Assembly (NCBI GenBank): GCA_049999805.1
Contig: JBNGIO010006282.1
Coordinates: 1-64,000, forward strand
DNA from: Folioceros fuciformis
Taxonomy: Eukaryota
DNA length: 64,000 nucleotides
Direction: 5' to 3'
Below are positions 29,364-42,570 of the stretch, piece after piece. The notes below the pieces were generated by a model that was not told where the DNA came from, did not search any database, and was given only the letters and a program-made list of their open reading frames with translations. Made by a program: the position numbers and the translations under genes. Positions within the stretch are counted from its first letter, which is position 1; the number at the start of each line of letters is the position of its first letter.

Positions 29364-30260
29364 TCAAAAACGATTGGAGTTGTTGGAGGAATGATAGGAG
29401 TTGAAAGGTTTGTTGAAAGGCTTTTTCGCTCGGTAGAGGACTTTAACTTGAGGAGGGATAGGTGCCTCAGGAGCAACAAAAGCTTGAAGAGCGACACATG
29501 CCTCATGAGCAACAGAAGCTTGAGGAGCGACACATGCCTCAGGAGCAACAGAAGCTTGAGGAGCGACAAATGCCTCAAGAGCAACAAAAGCTTGAGAAGC
29601 AACAGATGCCTCAGAAGCAATAGAAGTTGCCCCACGAGCAATAGAAGTTGCCTTGGTTTTCTTTTGATTGAGAATAGCTTGGACATCTTCTAGACGAGCT
29701 TGCTCATCTCGTAGAGAAATTCTCACAATTTGTTCTTCTTCTCTAGAATATTCATTCCACATAAGAGGACCATCTTGGAAGAGACTTGAACTTTTATGGG
29801 GTGGCTGGCCGAATAATGGAATCCATGGATGTGAGGTTATGGGTGTATTCAAGGAAGATCTTGTACCCTTTAATCTTTCATGATAATCATTGGGTCTCAA
29901 ATCCATCAATCTTTGATAATAGTCCATGGGTTTGAAATCCTTGGATCTTTGATGATGATCCTTGGGTTTGAAATCCATCAATTTTTGACGGTAATCCATG
30001 GGTTTCAAATCCCTTAATCTTTGATCATCATCGATTGAGCTTGTAGGTATATTGAGGAAGAGTTTCAAATGCCTCATTCTTTCATCATAATCGATCTGTA
30101 CAACACAATTGTGCATATACATACTTGTGATTAAGTTAATATTGTACATAGAGCTAGGAGAGAAATTGCAAGAAAACACTCTACTCACTTCCTCTTTGGG
30201 GAAAAGAACATTTAGTTCACATGGTTTGGGCCATTGCCATTTATCTCTTGGAGGATCCAT
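29364..30260 (-). other. Unassigned ORF with two 12-aa (36-bp) repeat arrays; possibly TE-derived
   Basis: 298-aa ORF with D(F/L)KP.DY.QRLM x4 and VAPQASVAPEAC-type repeats. AT-rich, with no recognisable domain. Confidence 0.35.
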
Positions 30261-30904
30261 TTGTAGTTTGATTCACTTGCCAGCCACTGGTATATTAGGC
30301 AAGTCCAACCATCCTTTGATCGTATGCTATTTCATCTGCATAAGATTAGCCATTAGAACATGTGGCTCTTGAATCATTTTAGTCAGGACATCATTCAAAG
30401 ACATTGTGTGAAATACGATATTAGTCAAGATGATGAAAAGCAAATGAACCCAAGGTTGTACATCACTCATCTTCTAATTGAGATAAGCTTAATAGAAGCT
30501 CGAAAACACGCTACGCACTTGATGACTCAAAAATGTGACTCAATAGGATGACCTAAGGTTCTCATCCAACGTACTTTGGCCTTTTAATCCCTTGCTCTTT
30601 GGCCTTCAACGCCCGTGGCCGCTGGCCTTCAACCTAGATGGCCTTTGGCCTTCAATCTACTTGGCCTCTCGAGTTCTGATCGTGCAATTGATGTGTGGTG
30701 AGACTCCTTGTGTGTTGGTAACGGAGGATTTTGTGCCGTGCAAGTGCGGGGAGGAGTGATGGCGCTCATGGCTGATGTTCAGTTTAGGTTCACAGCGTGC
30801 TCTGAAGACTGATCCCCAAAACATGAACCAGTACATGATCCTATGCTAGCCATGCCCAGAGTCTTCCCAACTGAAGACGCTCTGGTCAATTACGGTTTTA
30901 CGTC

Positions 30905-31405
30905 TACCTACCTCAACGAGACGCTCTAGATCGGGCTCGGGCTCACCCGCTGACATTCGAGGGCTACATCCAGCAGAGGCAGTGATGGGGGGGCTGAGCA
31001 GTCCATACAGCAGTTTGCAGCGACTTGGAAGTCCATGCTGAGATGAAACAGCGACCTCGACCTGGTGTTGGAGCTACTCTCCGTTCTTCTAGGTGACACT
31101 TCTCTCGGTGGAGTGCTATTGAGCACCCTTGCCTTTCACCTCAACCGAGCTCAATGTTGCGGAATGTACTCGTCGTTCTTGGAGACTGGGTATTATTACT
31201 ATGTCTTCATCGTCAACACTTCGCTCACTTCTGCAACAGTGAAGACAATGCTGGTATGGCGGGGGTTTCAGACCTTCAGTAACTACATACGGCCTTCGGT
31301 ACTGGAGAGAAGGACGACCTGATCGTCCTGTCCATATTCCTGCTCTGGCCATATTTGTGTGCTTCACATGATGTGTCCTGTAGATCCTGTCTCCTCAAGA
31401 TTATA
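30905..31405 (+). pseudogene. Inverted, internally deleted pseudogene copy of the neighbouring GT2 synthase 3' half
   Basis: Translates to YLNETL*IG..., EGYIQQRQ*WG, QQFAATWKSML, GVLLSTLAFHLN, VWRGF..FSNY and LHMMCPV. These match the segment YLNEKLQIG...LHMMCPV of the gene at 32100-34429, with stops and frameshifts. Confidence 0.85.
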
Positions 31406-32099
31406 TCTGTTATGAGGAATTCAACTTATGAGATTTAACAGGTTTATGGTATTAACCCTTCGCGCAAGAAATGCATGACAACTCAAGAAACCTTGCGCTA
31501 TATTCGACAGTGTGGCTTTTATTCAAAGAATGGTATACATTACATTTGGGTTCCATCCGCAAATATAGACAGCAGCACTTACAAGTATTCGACATACCTC
31601 GCAATAATGTCAACCCCTTTGTCCTCCCGGTCACAATAGGAGATCGAGCATCACCCTCTATCTAGCAAATCCATGTTCCAGACTCCGGACTACCACAACA
31701 TTACAGGGTAGTCTGGACTATTTCAATTGCACAGCCAGACTGCAAAGCCCTGGGACAGCTTCACATTAGCAGAAGTTCACCACTCCTCTGTCGACGGAGA
31801 CGTCCTGTGGGCTAAGATGGGGGGAGGCTCGATACCTGAAGTTGCATGTGGAAAGGAGTGGTTTGTGCAGCGTGGTTTGCCGCCGTCGAGCAGGGTCCTC
31901 CTAAACTCCTTATTTGCACAACTGATGATGAGAAAGTAGGTTGGTAGGAGGGCAACTCCTGACCTATCCTCAGAGTCACCTAGTCCTGTTCCTGAATATC
32001 CTTCAGAATCGACAGATTCGAGCTGGAGAAACAATATATTAGCTACAATCACACTATCTGGCTCCTTAGGGCTGGATGCCGAGTACATGAGGTGTCCCA

Positions 32100-34429
32100 T
32101 CAAAATGATCCACCTTCGCAAAACGTCACATCCAAGCCAGTGTTGACGACATACAGCACCGAAGTCCAGAAAACTAGGACCAAGATGGACATCCCCTCGT
32201 AAATGTAGACTGTCCAATGCCATGTGGGCATGCCGTCTCCCTGGTTGAAACGGGGCACCCCATCTGCATCGTACCGCAGCAATGACCTTCGCTGCGACGG
32301 CTTGTAGTCTCGTGGAAACAGGACGTACATGACAGGACACATCATGTGAAGCACAGTGCTGAGTAGGAAAATGGACAGGCCGATCAGGAAGAAACTTTCC
32401 CTACAGTCCATAAGGCCGTAGTTGCTGAAGATGTAGAAAGCCCGCCATAACACCACTGTCACCACAACTGCAGAAAAAATCAGGTGGAACTTCAGGTGCT
32501 TGAGTTCCCCTAGATACGTGTCGAGGACAGACTGATTGGTCTGGCCTGCAGCACGGTCGATATTGCTGGTAGGAACAAAAGTGAAGGTGGAATTCCAGGA
32601 GAAAACAGACTGCAACACCATCTTGCAGAAGAAGGGAGTCATCCACCAGAAATGGGATTCATCCCGGTTCCTGCTCAGAATGGAATGAGGAACCGCCAAC
32701 CAAATCGAGATCCATTGCAGCCGCCATATCACAAGAGTCACAGCAAGGTACGAAATTAAGCGTCGGTTGTCATCAGCATCACCTACAGTGAGGTTGAGGT
32801 GGAAAGCGAGGGCGCTCAAAAGCACTCCCATGAGAGTGATGTTGACGAAAGAGAGAAAATAGTACCCAGTGATCCAGAAATAGAGCACCTTCATCACGAT
32901 GTTGAGGTTGCTGTTCCATCCTAGCATGGTCTTCCACGTTGCTACGAAGTGCTGGATGGCTCCCAAACCCCATCGCTGCCTCTGCTTGATGTAGCCCTCC
33001 AATGTCCAAGGAGTGAGCCCGATCTGGAGTTTCTCGTTGAGGTAGACAGATTTGAATCCCTGGTTGAACAGAGCAAACGCGGTCGTGGTATCCTCCGTGA
33101 TGGAGTGAGGCTGGAATCCACCGATCACATTCAGGTGCTTTCTCCGGAACACAGCCCCCGTGCCTACGCACGTTGCGTTTCCCAAACTGTCCCTGTGCAC
33201 CAGACATCTCTCGTACCCCATCATGCAAGAGTCGTTGAGAGGATCCCCTGGAGGCAAGTTGTAATAAGATTGCGGCACCTGGACAAAGGAGACCTGCGGA
33301 GAGTCGACGATGTGAGGCATGACCCGTCGCAGAAAGGTGGGGTGCAGAATCATGTCGGCGTCCATCATCACCACGTACTCCGCATTGGAATGCTCCAGCC
33401 CGAAGTTGAGATTCCCGCACTTGAAGTTGTGCGGTACTCCTGGTACCTGCAACATTCAATTGAACCAGTCGGAAAATGCACTGATTTGCAATTCATCACA
33501 GCACACGGCAATCCACATCACTTCGATTCTAACACTTCTTCTGCGTACTCTCAAACCAAACGGCAGCCGGGCCTAGCAGCAATTTCTTCATCTCATCAAC
33601 AGCGAATCGGGCAGGACAGCTCAATCTTTCACAGGACCCTGATAACTTATGCTCCAGGAAGCCTTTTGTCGCCCCTCATTCTTAGCAAAGCACAAATATC
33701 CTACAGATGGGCAGTCGAGATTTTTTCACTCACTATCGCCCACAACAGCCAGAATTCATGGTCCAGGAGCTGCCAGAACAAACATACCTTCTTCCTTCGG
33801 AGATACGCAACCTGGCCCCCAGTCTCCACTTGCAAGGCCTCGCAAAAAGCTCTGAGATCGTTATCCACTCCGTCGTCAAGCACAAGCACTTTGAGGCGGT
33901 CTTTGGGATAATGCATGGCCAGGGCGGCTAGTACGCTCTCCTTGGGGACGTCAGTGGGCTCGTTGCAGCAAGGCAGCAGAACTTGCACGGTCGGGTAGCT
34001 CTTCCCCTTGAACGAGAGCTCGGGACGAAAGCTCGGGGGAAGAAGATGATCCACACCCGCGCACACCAGGGAGACGAAGTAGAGAAACTCGCAGCAGATT
34101 AAGAGTATGAGCCAAGGCGACTTCAAAGCCTGATCCCACTCTCTGAGATACAATTCCACCTTGAACGCCAGATAGTTGGAGTTGGCAGCAATCTGGGCCA
34201 CCAGGAGGAAGCTGGAGAAAATGTACAACACAACCTTCCTCTGGTTAGTGCTGGACCGATCTGCTCCTGCCTTCCAGTGGGGCAACGACCCATCGCCAAG
34301 CTTGGATCCGTCATTGTCCGTCCCCGCGGAATAGAGCAGGGACTTGGACTCTTGGTCTTCCTCTTCCTCCCGTCTGGTGGTGTCCTTCTCCCCTGGGCCG
34401 TGCCTCAGGGCCAGCTGAGCCAACCGCAT
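32100..34429 (-). CDS. GT2 processive glycan synthase (cellulose-synthase superfamily; compact bacterial/fungal-like, AGlcS/MLG-synthase-like); 2 exons (34429-33788, 33446-32100)
   Basis: Motifs LLPCCNEP, VLDDG, KCGNLN, MDAD, FVQVPQ, VGTG, SITED and QRQRW, with 2 N-terminal and several C-terminal TM helices. A 341-bp GT-AG intron joins YLRRKK to VPGVPHNFK. No zinc finger, P-CR or CSR inserts. Confidence 0.9.
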
Positions 34430-37392
34430 CGTGCTCGTCTCCCTCAATTCCAATCAATCCAGCTGCAATGCGCAGCAGATACAGTCACACAGAAGGTCTC
34501 CCTCGCACTTAATGGTCTACCACACAGAGCTTTCAAACCAGCCGGATCGGCTTCACAACCACAGATCCAGATTCGTGATCGAGAAACACTGACAGGCTCT
34601 TCTCCACTTCTGACTCTCCGATCCTCGGATCCACTGCCCACAAAAATGAGTTTGCTTCCTTACCGCCTCATCTCTACAGCAGATCCCGGATCATTAACAC
34701 TATACGAAGCCGCACTGCTCTCTGCGTTCAGAGCTTGGCGCGGATGCATCGATGCAATGCACTCACTAGATGTACTCTACCCTTTCAGGCTATCACCTAG
34801 CGGAACAGCCAAACCTTGCTACTATTACACACATCACCTACGAAGAATGAATGAATGATAGATAGATGTTGGACTGCAATGCAACGTCCTGCGAGGGCAA
34901 TGAGGAAAGGCAGGCCAAGCCACAATGCGGTTTCGCTTGCTAGCTTCCTGTTCCTTCCTTCCTTCCTTGCCCTCTGTCTTCCTCCACTACTCCGCCCCCT
35001 CTTCCCCCTCCCACTCGAGAAGGCGAGCTCTCTGTGGTCAGACGCCCCCTTTGTGTGCGCCTGAGCCGGCAGTCAGCCCAGTTTCCGCCAATCCGGTGGT
35101 CGGCGTGATATCCGCTCGGCCGACGGTACAGCAGCCAGCCCAGCCAGGCTCGCACGGAGCCGGGCTCTTCCGCCGTCGTCTCTCTCGGCGTCGATGCCGT
35201 GTTTTCCAGCCAGCTTGTCTGCCTCCGAGTGGTGATTGCGTCTCGAGTCAACTTGTACTATTCCGTGTAAGATGTTATTAAATTCACTCCCCTCGAGAAA
35301 AAGAAACAGAACCGCTAGCCCGCGTGAATCACAGGATGCAGCCTGCAACCACACCGTCAACCCGATGCCCCGATTAGCCAGCCTGGATGGGAGATTCTGC
35401 TTCACAGTCTGATATGTAAGCGTAGAAAGGGGCTGCAGTAACTGCTGTCATTTTCGAGAAGCTTTGCAGCACCTTACCAAAGTATGTGCTGTACTCTACT
35501 GGAGTGTGGTTCCCACCCGTCTGCGGCTACGTGTATCAACAGCCGGAAAGGGGAGAATGTGGCCTAGCAAAACGGAAACGAGGGGCTTGTTGTTGGTACT
35601 GTACTGGATGCATGCTTGACCTTCAGCTAACCTAGAGGCGAATACACCGGATTGCTGCACTCCTCGGCTCTGCTCGGCTGGACAGAGGCATCAAGCAGTG
35701 GACAATTGGTGAATCGGCTACATTATTGAGCTTGCAAATGCCTAACAAAAGATCTTTGCCCACAGAAGCAGGAATAGGAGATCGCCAAGGAAGGAGGAAA
35801 ATACTATTCTCTGTCTCCATGAAATCTTACTGTCCCTCATCTGTCGGTGAGGTTCACATGTGGACAAGGAGGATTCCCAGATTCTTGATGTCAGGCTGGA
35901 GCTTGCAGGGGCTGGACGCTCTACCCTTTCCTGAACATATTACATATGTACCGCAGTACGTACTTGGGTTATATGCTGTGGTGTATCTATTTGGCACCCA
36001 GCATAATAAGCTTCGAGCAACTGCCCGAGTGCCAGCCTCCTCCTGTTCGTGTATGGACGGCGATGCAAGGAAACGTGCAATGCTGCCAACTGTTCTCCTA
36101 TTCGCCGGCGGGGATCCGGAAACCTGTAAAAAAAGCACAGGAAACACGTACAGTACATACCTATACATGTACGAATAAGGGTACGACGTCGCGTAGACGC
36201 ACGCCGAGAAGCCCACCGAAGATAGGAAACTAATCACAAGTCCGTCAACCTAGCCTGACTGCTGGATGTGAGCTGAATACTGTAGCAAGCTTCGGAAAAG
36301 CGCCAATGGGATCGGGAATTTGGAAGGTGGCACCTGGGAAATGACCGCCCACCTCTTGACCTGGAACGTGACCAGCTGTCCGAAGGCGAAGCCCGACGTC
36401 TTACCAGAGTCAGTGGCGGGCATAGGCTTGACGATGTTGATACCTTCGCGCTGGGTGGGGAAGGTGGTCGAACATGGGCGTAGATGGCCCATCTCAGCCT
36501 ACCACGAGATGGGATACCCTTTGAAAGGTACTGGGCTGGCTCCCCACAGTGCTTGAGCTGGCAACCTGGCCTCGCATCGGTATGGTATTGGCCGATGGCC
36601 CCTCTCGACTCCGTCAGACATCTCTCTGGCATGCACACAGCTGACCATGTTAGAGACCTCTGGGCCTAGCCACCCTGGACCTGGTCTACTTCAATCTGGT
36701 CTACGGAAAAATGTATGAACTGAGGTGGTGAGGGTGGTGCCAGGGGGTGCACCTGGATGGCTGTGCTCTCGTGCTTGCGTGGGCGAACAGCTTTCCATGG
36801 CTGGCACATCACCTCAGAAGCGACTGCAGGTGCAGGAGAGACGAGATCTACGGCCCCCTGGGGTCATTCATCACATGGCAGGCGCCCCTGAAAGCACCCC
36901 CGTGCTAGAGACTTTGGTTGCTGACGGATAACACCTACACGAGTCTCCTCCTCCGTGGCTGTCTTGAAAGTAAAACAAAATAACACAAAGATATCATTCC
37001 TGGCTCGCATTGGGTGTCCCCACACGCTTGCTTCACCGGAAACTCCTGCAGAGTAGGTCACCTTGGGCCTGGCACTTTCCCCAGTGCAGACACAGTGAAA
37101 CAGCCCCTCGGTTTCCCTGACTAATCCCGTGGGTGTCCCACAAGGAAGTTTCCCAGGGTAGTTGGCAGTGAGCACGGTAAATATTTTCCTGTTTGTCGCG
37201 CTTGCTAAAAACACAGGTAGGACGCATTTGGTTGGCAGACCAAAAAAGGGCAGACACAATCACCTTCTTACGAAGGGTTACCTTCCATTCCAAGACGGAA
37301 CAAATTGACGATATCTTCCCCGTCGCGATTGGGCAACACTTTACTAGACAATCTTTGCTAGGAGTCTCCTACCATCAGCCACAGCTTTTTGA

Positions 37393-37512
37393 CGGGCTCC
37401 GGAGGAATTTGACTGCCATGGCTTCCACCGGGCTCCGGAGGGGTCTGACTGTCATGGCTTCCACCGGGCTCCAGAGGGCTCTGACCGCAACGGCTTCCAC
37501 CGGGCTCTAGAG
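37393..37512. repeat. 36-bp tandem repeat, ~3.3 copies, abutting the ABCF3 stop codon
   Basis: Unit gggctcc(g/a)gaggg..ctgactg.catggcttccacc. Confidence 0.85.
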
Positions 37513-39713
37513 GGCTTTCAGTGTTCTCTTGTACTCATGAAACGTGCCATGGAATGCTGTTGCTTTGCCTCCCGAGATTACCCACAGTTCATCCACACTG
37601 CCAGAGATTAGATGCTCGTCGTGACTGATCATCAGCACCCCTCCCTCAAAAAGATTCAGCCCCGCAATAAGCGCCTCCACTGCATCCAAGTCCAAGTGAT
37701 TGGACGGCTCGTCGAGAAGAAGGATGTGTGGCTTGTTGAAGGTGATTTTGGCGAAGGCAACACGACTTTTCTGGCCACCAGAGAGGGTATACATGGGCTG
37801 GAGGGCCAAGTTACCTGAGATGCCAAATGACCCCAAGTGGGAACGAAGCTTTTGCTCCACAGATCCGGGGAAGCAACTTGCCATGTAGAGCAAAGGGGTG
37901 GAAGATAGGTCCAGTCCATCCACGTGATGCTGGCTGAAGACCGCCATTCTCACCTTGGCCGATCTAAAAACTGTACCTGAAATTGGCTCCAGCTCGCCGG
38001 AGATGAGCTTCAGCAGAGTGGACTTCCCAATACCGTTAGGACCGACCATGGCCAGACGGCTGTCCAGATCCAAACCAAAGTTGAGGTCCTTGAAGAGGAC
38101 AGGACCGCCTGGATAAGCGAAAGAGGCATCACTAAAGCTGATGATAGGAGCGCTAGGCTTGTCATCTGGTGTCGGAAACTCGAACTTGTAGTCTGGATCA
38201 TTCACCACAGCATCCACATGCCCGATCCTCTCCAGCGCCTTGATCCTGGACTGCACCAGGGCTGCCCGCTTAGCATTGTACCGGAACTTGTCCACGAACG
38301 CCTGAATGTGAGCCCGGGTGCGCTCATTGGCTTCGTGCGCCTTCTGCCGATTCCGCAGACGCTCATCCCTGGTGCGCTCAAATGTGTCATAATCCCCCTT
38401 ATACGTCACCAGCTTCTGCTGATGAAGATGCAGGATATCCGTCACCACCGAATTCAAAAACTCTCTCGCATGGGACACAACAATTAGCGTCTTTGGCCAC
38501 TTCACCAAATAAGTCTCCAGCCACAACACGGCGTGCAAGTCCAGATGATTGGTCGGTTCATCAAGAAGTAGCAAATCCGGCTCCACGAACAAAGCTCGTG
38601 CCAGGGCCACCCGCATTCTCCACCCTCCGGAAAACGTCCTGGTAGACCTAGCCTGCATTTCCGCATCAAAACTCAAACCGGCAAGAATGGATGCCGCACG
38701 CGCCTCCGCCGAGTAAGCATCGATCAGCTCCAACCTCTTGTAGATGTGCTCCAATCTGGCCGACACAGCGTCCTTGTCCTTCTCTTCCTCCTTTCCCCCT
38801 TCGCCGCTGGCCAGGTCCGCCGACTTCTGCCTCGGCTCCGCCCCGCTCCCAGTCTCCCTCTGCTGCGCTATCAGCCTAGCCTCCTCCTCCAGCAGCTGCG
38901 CTCTCTCGACATCCGAGCTCAACACGCACTGCAGCACCGTTGTGTCATCCCCTATCACCTCCTGCTCGACATGCAAGATTTGGCAGTTCTTCGGGATCCC
39001 GTCGATTGCATGCTGTGCCATATGCTTCAGAAAGGTGGTCTTGCCCGTCCCGTTCCTCCCCACTAGGCCGTACCGACGGCCGTATGCTAGCGTCACGGTG
39101 CCTTCGTTGATTAGCTCCTTCCCTCCCATGGAAATGGAGAAATTCTCCAACCTAATGTCCTTCGGAACGCTTCCCTCCCCGACTCCGCCATGGTTCACCA
39201 GCACCGCCGGCATCCCCACCACGGCCGCCTCCGCCGCCGCCAGGTGCGCCTGGTAATCTGACTGCCGCTGCCGCTCCTCCTTCCGCCTCTTCCTCTCCAG
39301 CTTCAGCCGCTCCCGCTCAGACACCTGCGGCGTCCCGGCCCCGTGATCCGGCCTGCTTGCCAGTCCGGTCTCCCGCATCCCATCCAACATCCGCACAGGC
39401 GCAGCCAGGCTGCGGTAACCTCCCCTGGCGGCGGCATTCCTGCCTGCGAATTTCTGCGACCAGGTCGCACAGACTGCCCTCGCCTCTGCTTCATCATGCA
39501 CACACTCTGCAGCCACCAGCAGTGGCCCCAGCGCTTCCAGCGCCAATTCTCCTTCCCATCCGAAGTCGAACGCCTCGTCTTGCAGCACCCGGATGATGTA
39601 GTCGACTATGACCTCGTCCACCTGCTCCGCTTTCCTCCCCAGCACCTCGTACACGTATTTCTGCACCGTCTCGTCCCGCGGCGGCGCTCCTGGATTCCAC
39701 ATCGGGACCGGCA
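37507..39713 (-). CDS. ABCF3: ABC-F family member 3 (GCN20-like), intronless
   Basis: Single ORF with two ABC domains (GRNGTGKT/FSGGW/LLLDEPTNHLD and GPNGIGKST/LSGGQ/LLLDEPSNHLD), no TM segments, and a plant ABCF3-type N-terminus (VDEVIVDYIIRVLQDEAFDFG). First ATG at 39713. Confidence 0.95.
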
Positions 39714-40115
39714 TGGCTGCTCTCCTCTGCAATCCGATCGCTCGGATGCGGTCCTCTCTCACGCACGCACCTCGCCTTCAAGCCTCACCGTGCTTCCCTA
39801 GGGCTGGGACGTAAGGTGACTAGCAAGAGCAACGGTGACCGGCGGTGCAATAGGTAGCCGGTTAGTGATTAAAGGATGACATACATACATCTGTAGGTTT
39901 GCGGATAACACAAGTCTTATGACAATCTGTACATGTCTGTTGGCCGAACAAGAGAGCGAGTTTCAGGGTGCGTCGGTATCTGGGAGGTCCCAAGCCAAGC
40001 GAACAACGCCCTGCCCCTGTACAAGAACTGCGTACCACAGAAGGATTGTCAAGTGAGGAAACAGTTGTCTTGCTTCTGCAGGAGAGGCTTTCAGTCAGGG
40101 GGGAAGGAGAGCTAG

Positions 40116-41912
40116 ATTAAAAACTGACAGCATGATCCTTGTCGATGTTGTGATGTCTCGGGATCACAGCCACTACATCAACAGTGATCGTGCCATTCTG
40201 CCAACAGGAGAACAGATGAGCAAGGTTTGCACAGAACTGGTGAGCAGCATGAGATGATGTGATGTGAGGGAAGACATACCGGGCACAGCAATGGTTCTAG
40301 ACTAATGCAGCACATGGGTATGGAGGACGGAGAATCAGTTCTGTGTGGAGGAGTGTTGAGGACGTGGCCGGAGTCGGCACGTTGGATGACATGGAGACCT
40401 TCTCCACCTGCGAGGGCTCCGAGCACAGCTTTCCTCACCTGCCGCATGAGAAGGTTGGAAATGGGCTTCAGCACACCCCCCTGCTGGAAGGAAATGGCTT
40501 CAGCACGCTTTTTCAGCCTTCTTGTGGTCTTCAATGGTGCTTACCTGGAAAGGCATGGCTGATACGTAGGCTTCTTCTATGCAGAAATTCTGAGATAGAG
40601 TATGCTGGACCGCAACTTCCTCAGCCATCTGCAGGGAGGTGAAGAACAGTGAGCTTCAGTCTTGCGTGGTTGGATGTTACAGCAAAGACTGCACGTGGGT
40701 ACAGTGGAGAGAAGCACTACCTCGTCGGGATCGGAGTTGGCAAAGTCCTGGTGCTCGCGGTGGCTGTTGTCAGCCAGCCCAGCAATAGCTTCCATCTGCA
40801 GTCAAATTTTTGAGACCTCGGATGAGGCTCAACAGGGCTGGATCACTATGAAGGAGCTCATCTTCGACATGCTAGACATAGAAACAACATGAATCTCAAG
40901 CCGCAAGTGAACAGACGTACGAGATAACCGAACAGCAGCCCAGTGTTGTGATTTGGGCATGCAATGGCCACGATGTCTCTGCAGAATCAAGATAACCTTA
41001 GAATTTTTTGAATTCGTATAGCAGCCAAACAGGAACATGGTCGTGGGAGGCCCGTCAACTCTGACATGCCTGAGGAGTTTGGGATCTGAAGAACGTCGCC
41101 ATAGTAGCTGGTCCACAGCCTTGGATGTTAAGGACTGCACATTGCCGAACATAGATGACCACTAGGCTAATTGGCACATGGGCAAAGACGAGCAGTAGCT
41201 ACTAGCAAACATGAAGACAGCACCATCAGCTGTCCCTTCCTTTACCAGAAGGAATGCTTGCTGCTCCAAGGTGAGACGCGGATTTATGAAGACCTGAAAG
41301 AGGAATCAGATCAAAACAATTCTCGAGAATCATGTACCCCATGGATGAAGCAAGAATCAAGTTTTGCTGCGACCAATTGCTTTAAGTTGCAAGGACAACG
41401 ACTAGATGAACGCTTCCCGTACCATGAAATTCCAGAGTCTGCACATCACCCAGATTCCAGAGGTCGCGATGTGCACACAATCAGCTTAACTGCAGGGACA
41501 ACTATAATTCCACAGGGTTCCCGAACTATCTCCGACTCCCAGAAAGTGAAAGCAACAGAGACTAACCGCCGCACGACAAATTGCACACTCCATTGCTTGA
41601 ACATGCCAGAGATCCTGACGATCTGAGAAAACCCAGAAAAGAAGAGAAAAGAAGAGAACGACGTCAGATGCGTACAGTCTTTCACGCATCGATGGATTTG
41701 AATACGGAAGGAACCCACAAAGGAATCCATACCTCGTCATACACGGTGAACAAGGCAAATTCTACCACACCAGGAACTGGTTCTGCAAACAGGTTGCTTG
41801 CCAGCCTATAACATGAGCAATCGTCTCGCAATTCGGCCCGATCCTCAGAGACTGGATGGCTCTCCGAGAGCGAATTATTACGGGATCGAAAGATGAAGAA
41901 GTCCGGGGCCAT
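40116..41912 (-). CDS. Putative multi-exon gene of unknown function
   Basis: ATG at 41912 followed by a run of short open segments bounded by canonical GT/AG sites (e.g. ...FTVYDE|gt, ag|VFINPRLTLEQQAFLL|gt, ag|MAEEVAVQ...MPFQ|gt, ag|NGTITVDVV...VSF*). Not every junction could be phased. Confidence 0.45.
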
Positions 41913-42570
41913 TTCTGGCCCCCGACAATACGAGACAGCCTTTAGTCACAAATGCAGGACAGTTGCTGTCATTGGCTGTAATGCTGCATTTGCTGTTAGT
42001 GGTTGTAACAGAATGCCAGTGTCCTCAACTTCTTCAAATTTAGGAGATACCCAATGCTGTGATTGGAGGTTTCCTAAAGACAAGACATCGATCACTCGTA
42101 ATCCAGCCTATCAAGGCGCGTAATAAAATGGTGGGCTGTAGTTTTTGCTTTAGCCAATGGCGTTCGAAGATGAACGGAAACATCTCCGGAAAATATGGCC
42201 ACGGACATCTATCGCTGCAGAGCATAGCCATGTCATTCTACCTCTGGAAAGCATAACCGTGACAGTCTGTGGAAAACAAAGCAACGGAAGTCTGTCAAGG
42301 GAAAACATAGCAATGGAAGTCTATCAATGGGAACCATAGCAATGGAAGTCCATCACTGGAAAACATAATCAGGCACTGGCCTGGGATAAACCTAGACTAC
42401 TTGTTTCAGTCACACAACTACGAAAAACGTAGCTGTGGAAGAGCCAATGAACGATTCATTCCATTGACAGCCATGGAGATATCCGTCTTTGTGTACTACA
42501 GCTAGGAGCTTCGCAGGCAACTGTCTGGAAGGAACATTTTATGTTGTGAGGACCTGAATGCATTTCTCTG

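Noticed and set aside
35726-36931. Short + strand ORFs, one containing HLLTWNV, reminiscent of a LINE endonuclease start
   Set aside because: No further APE or RT motifs follow and no consistent exon chain could be built.
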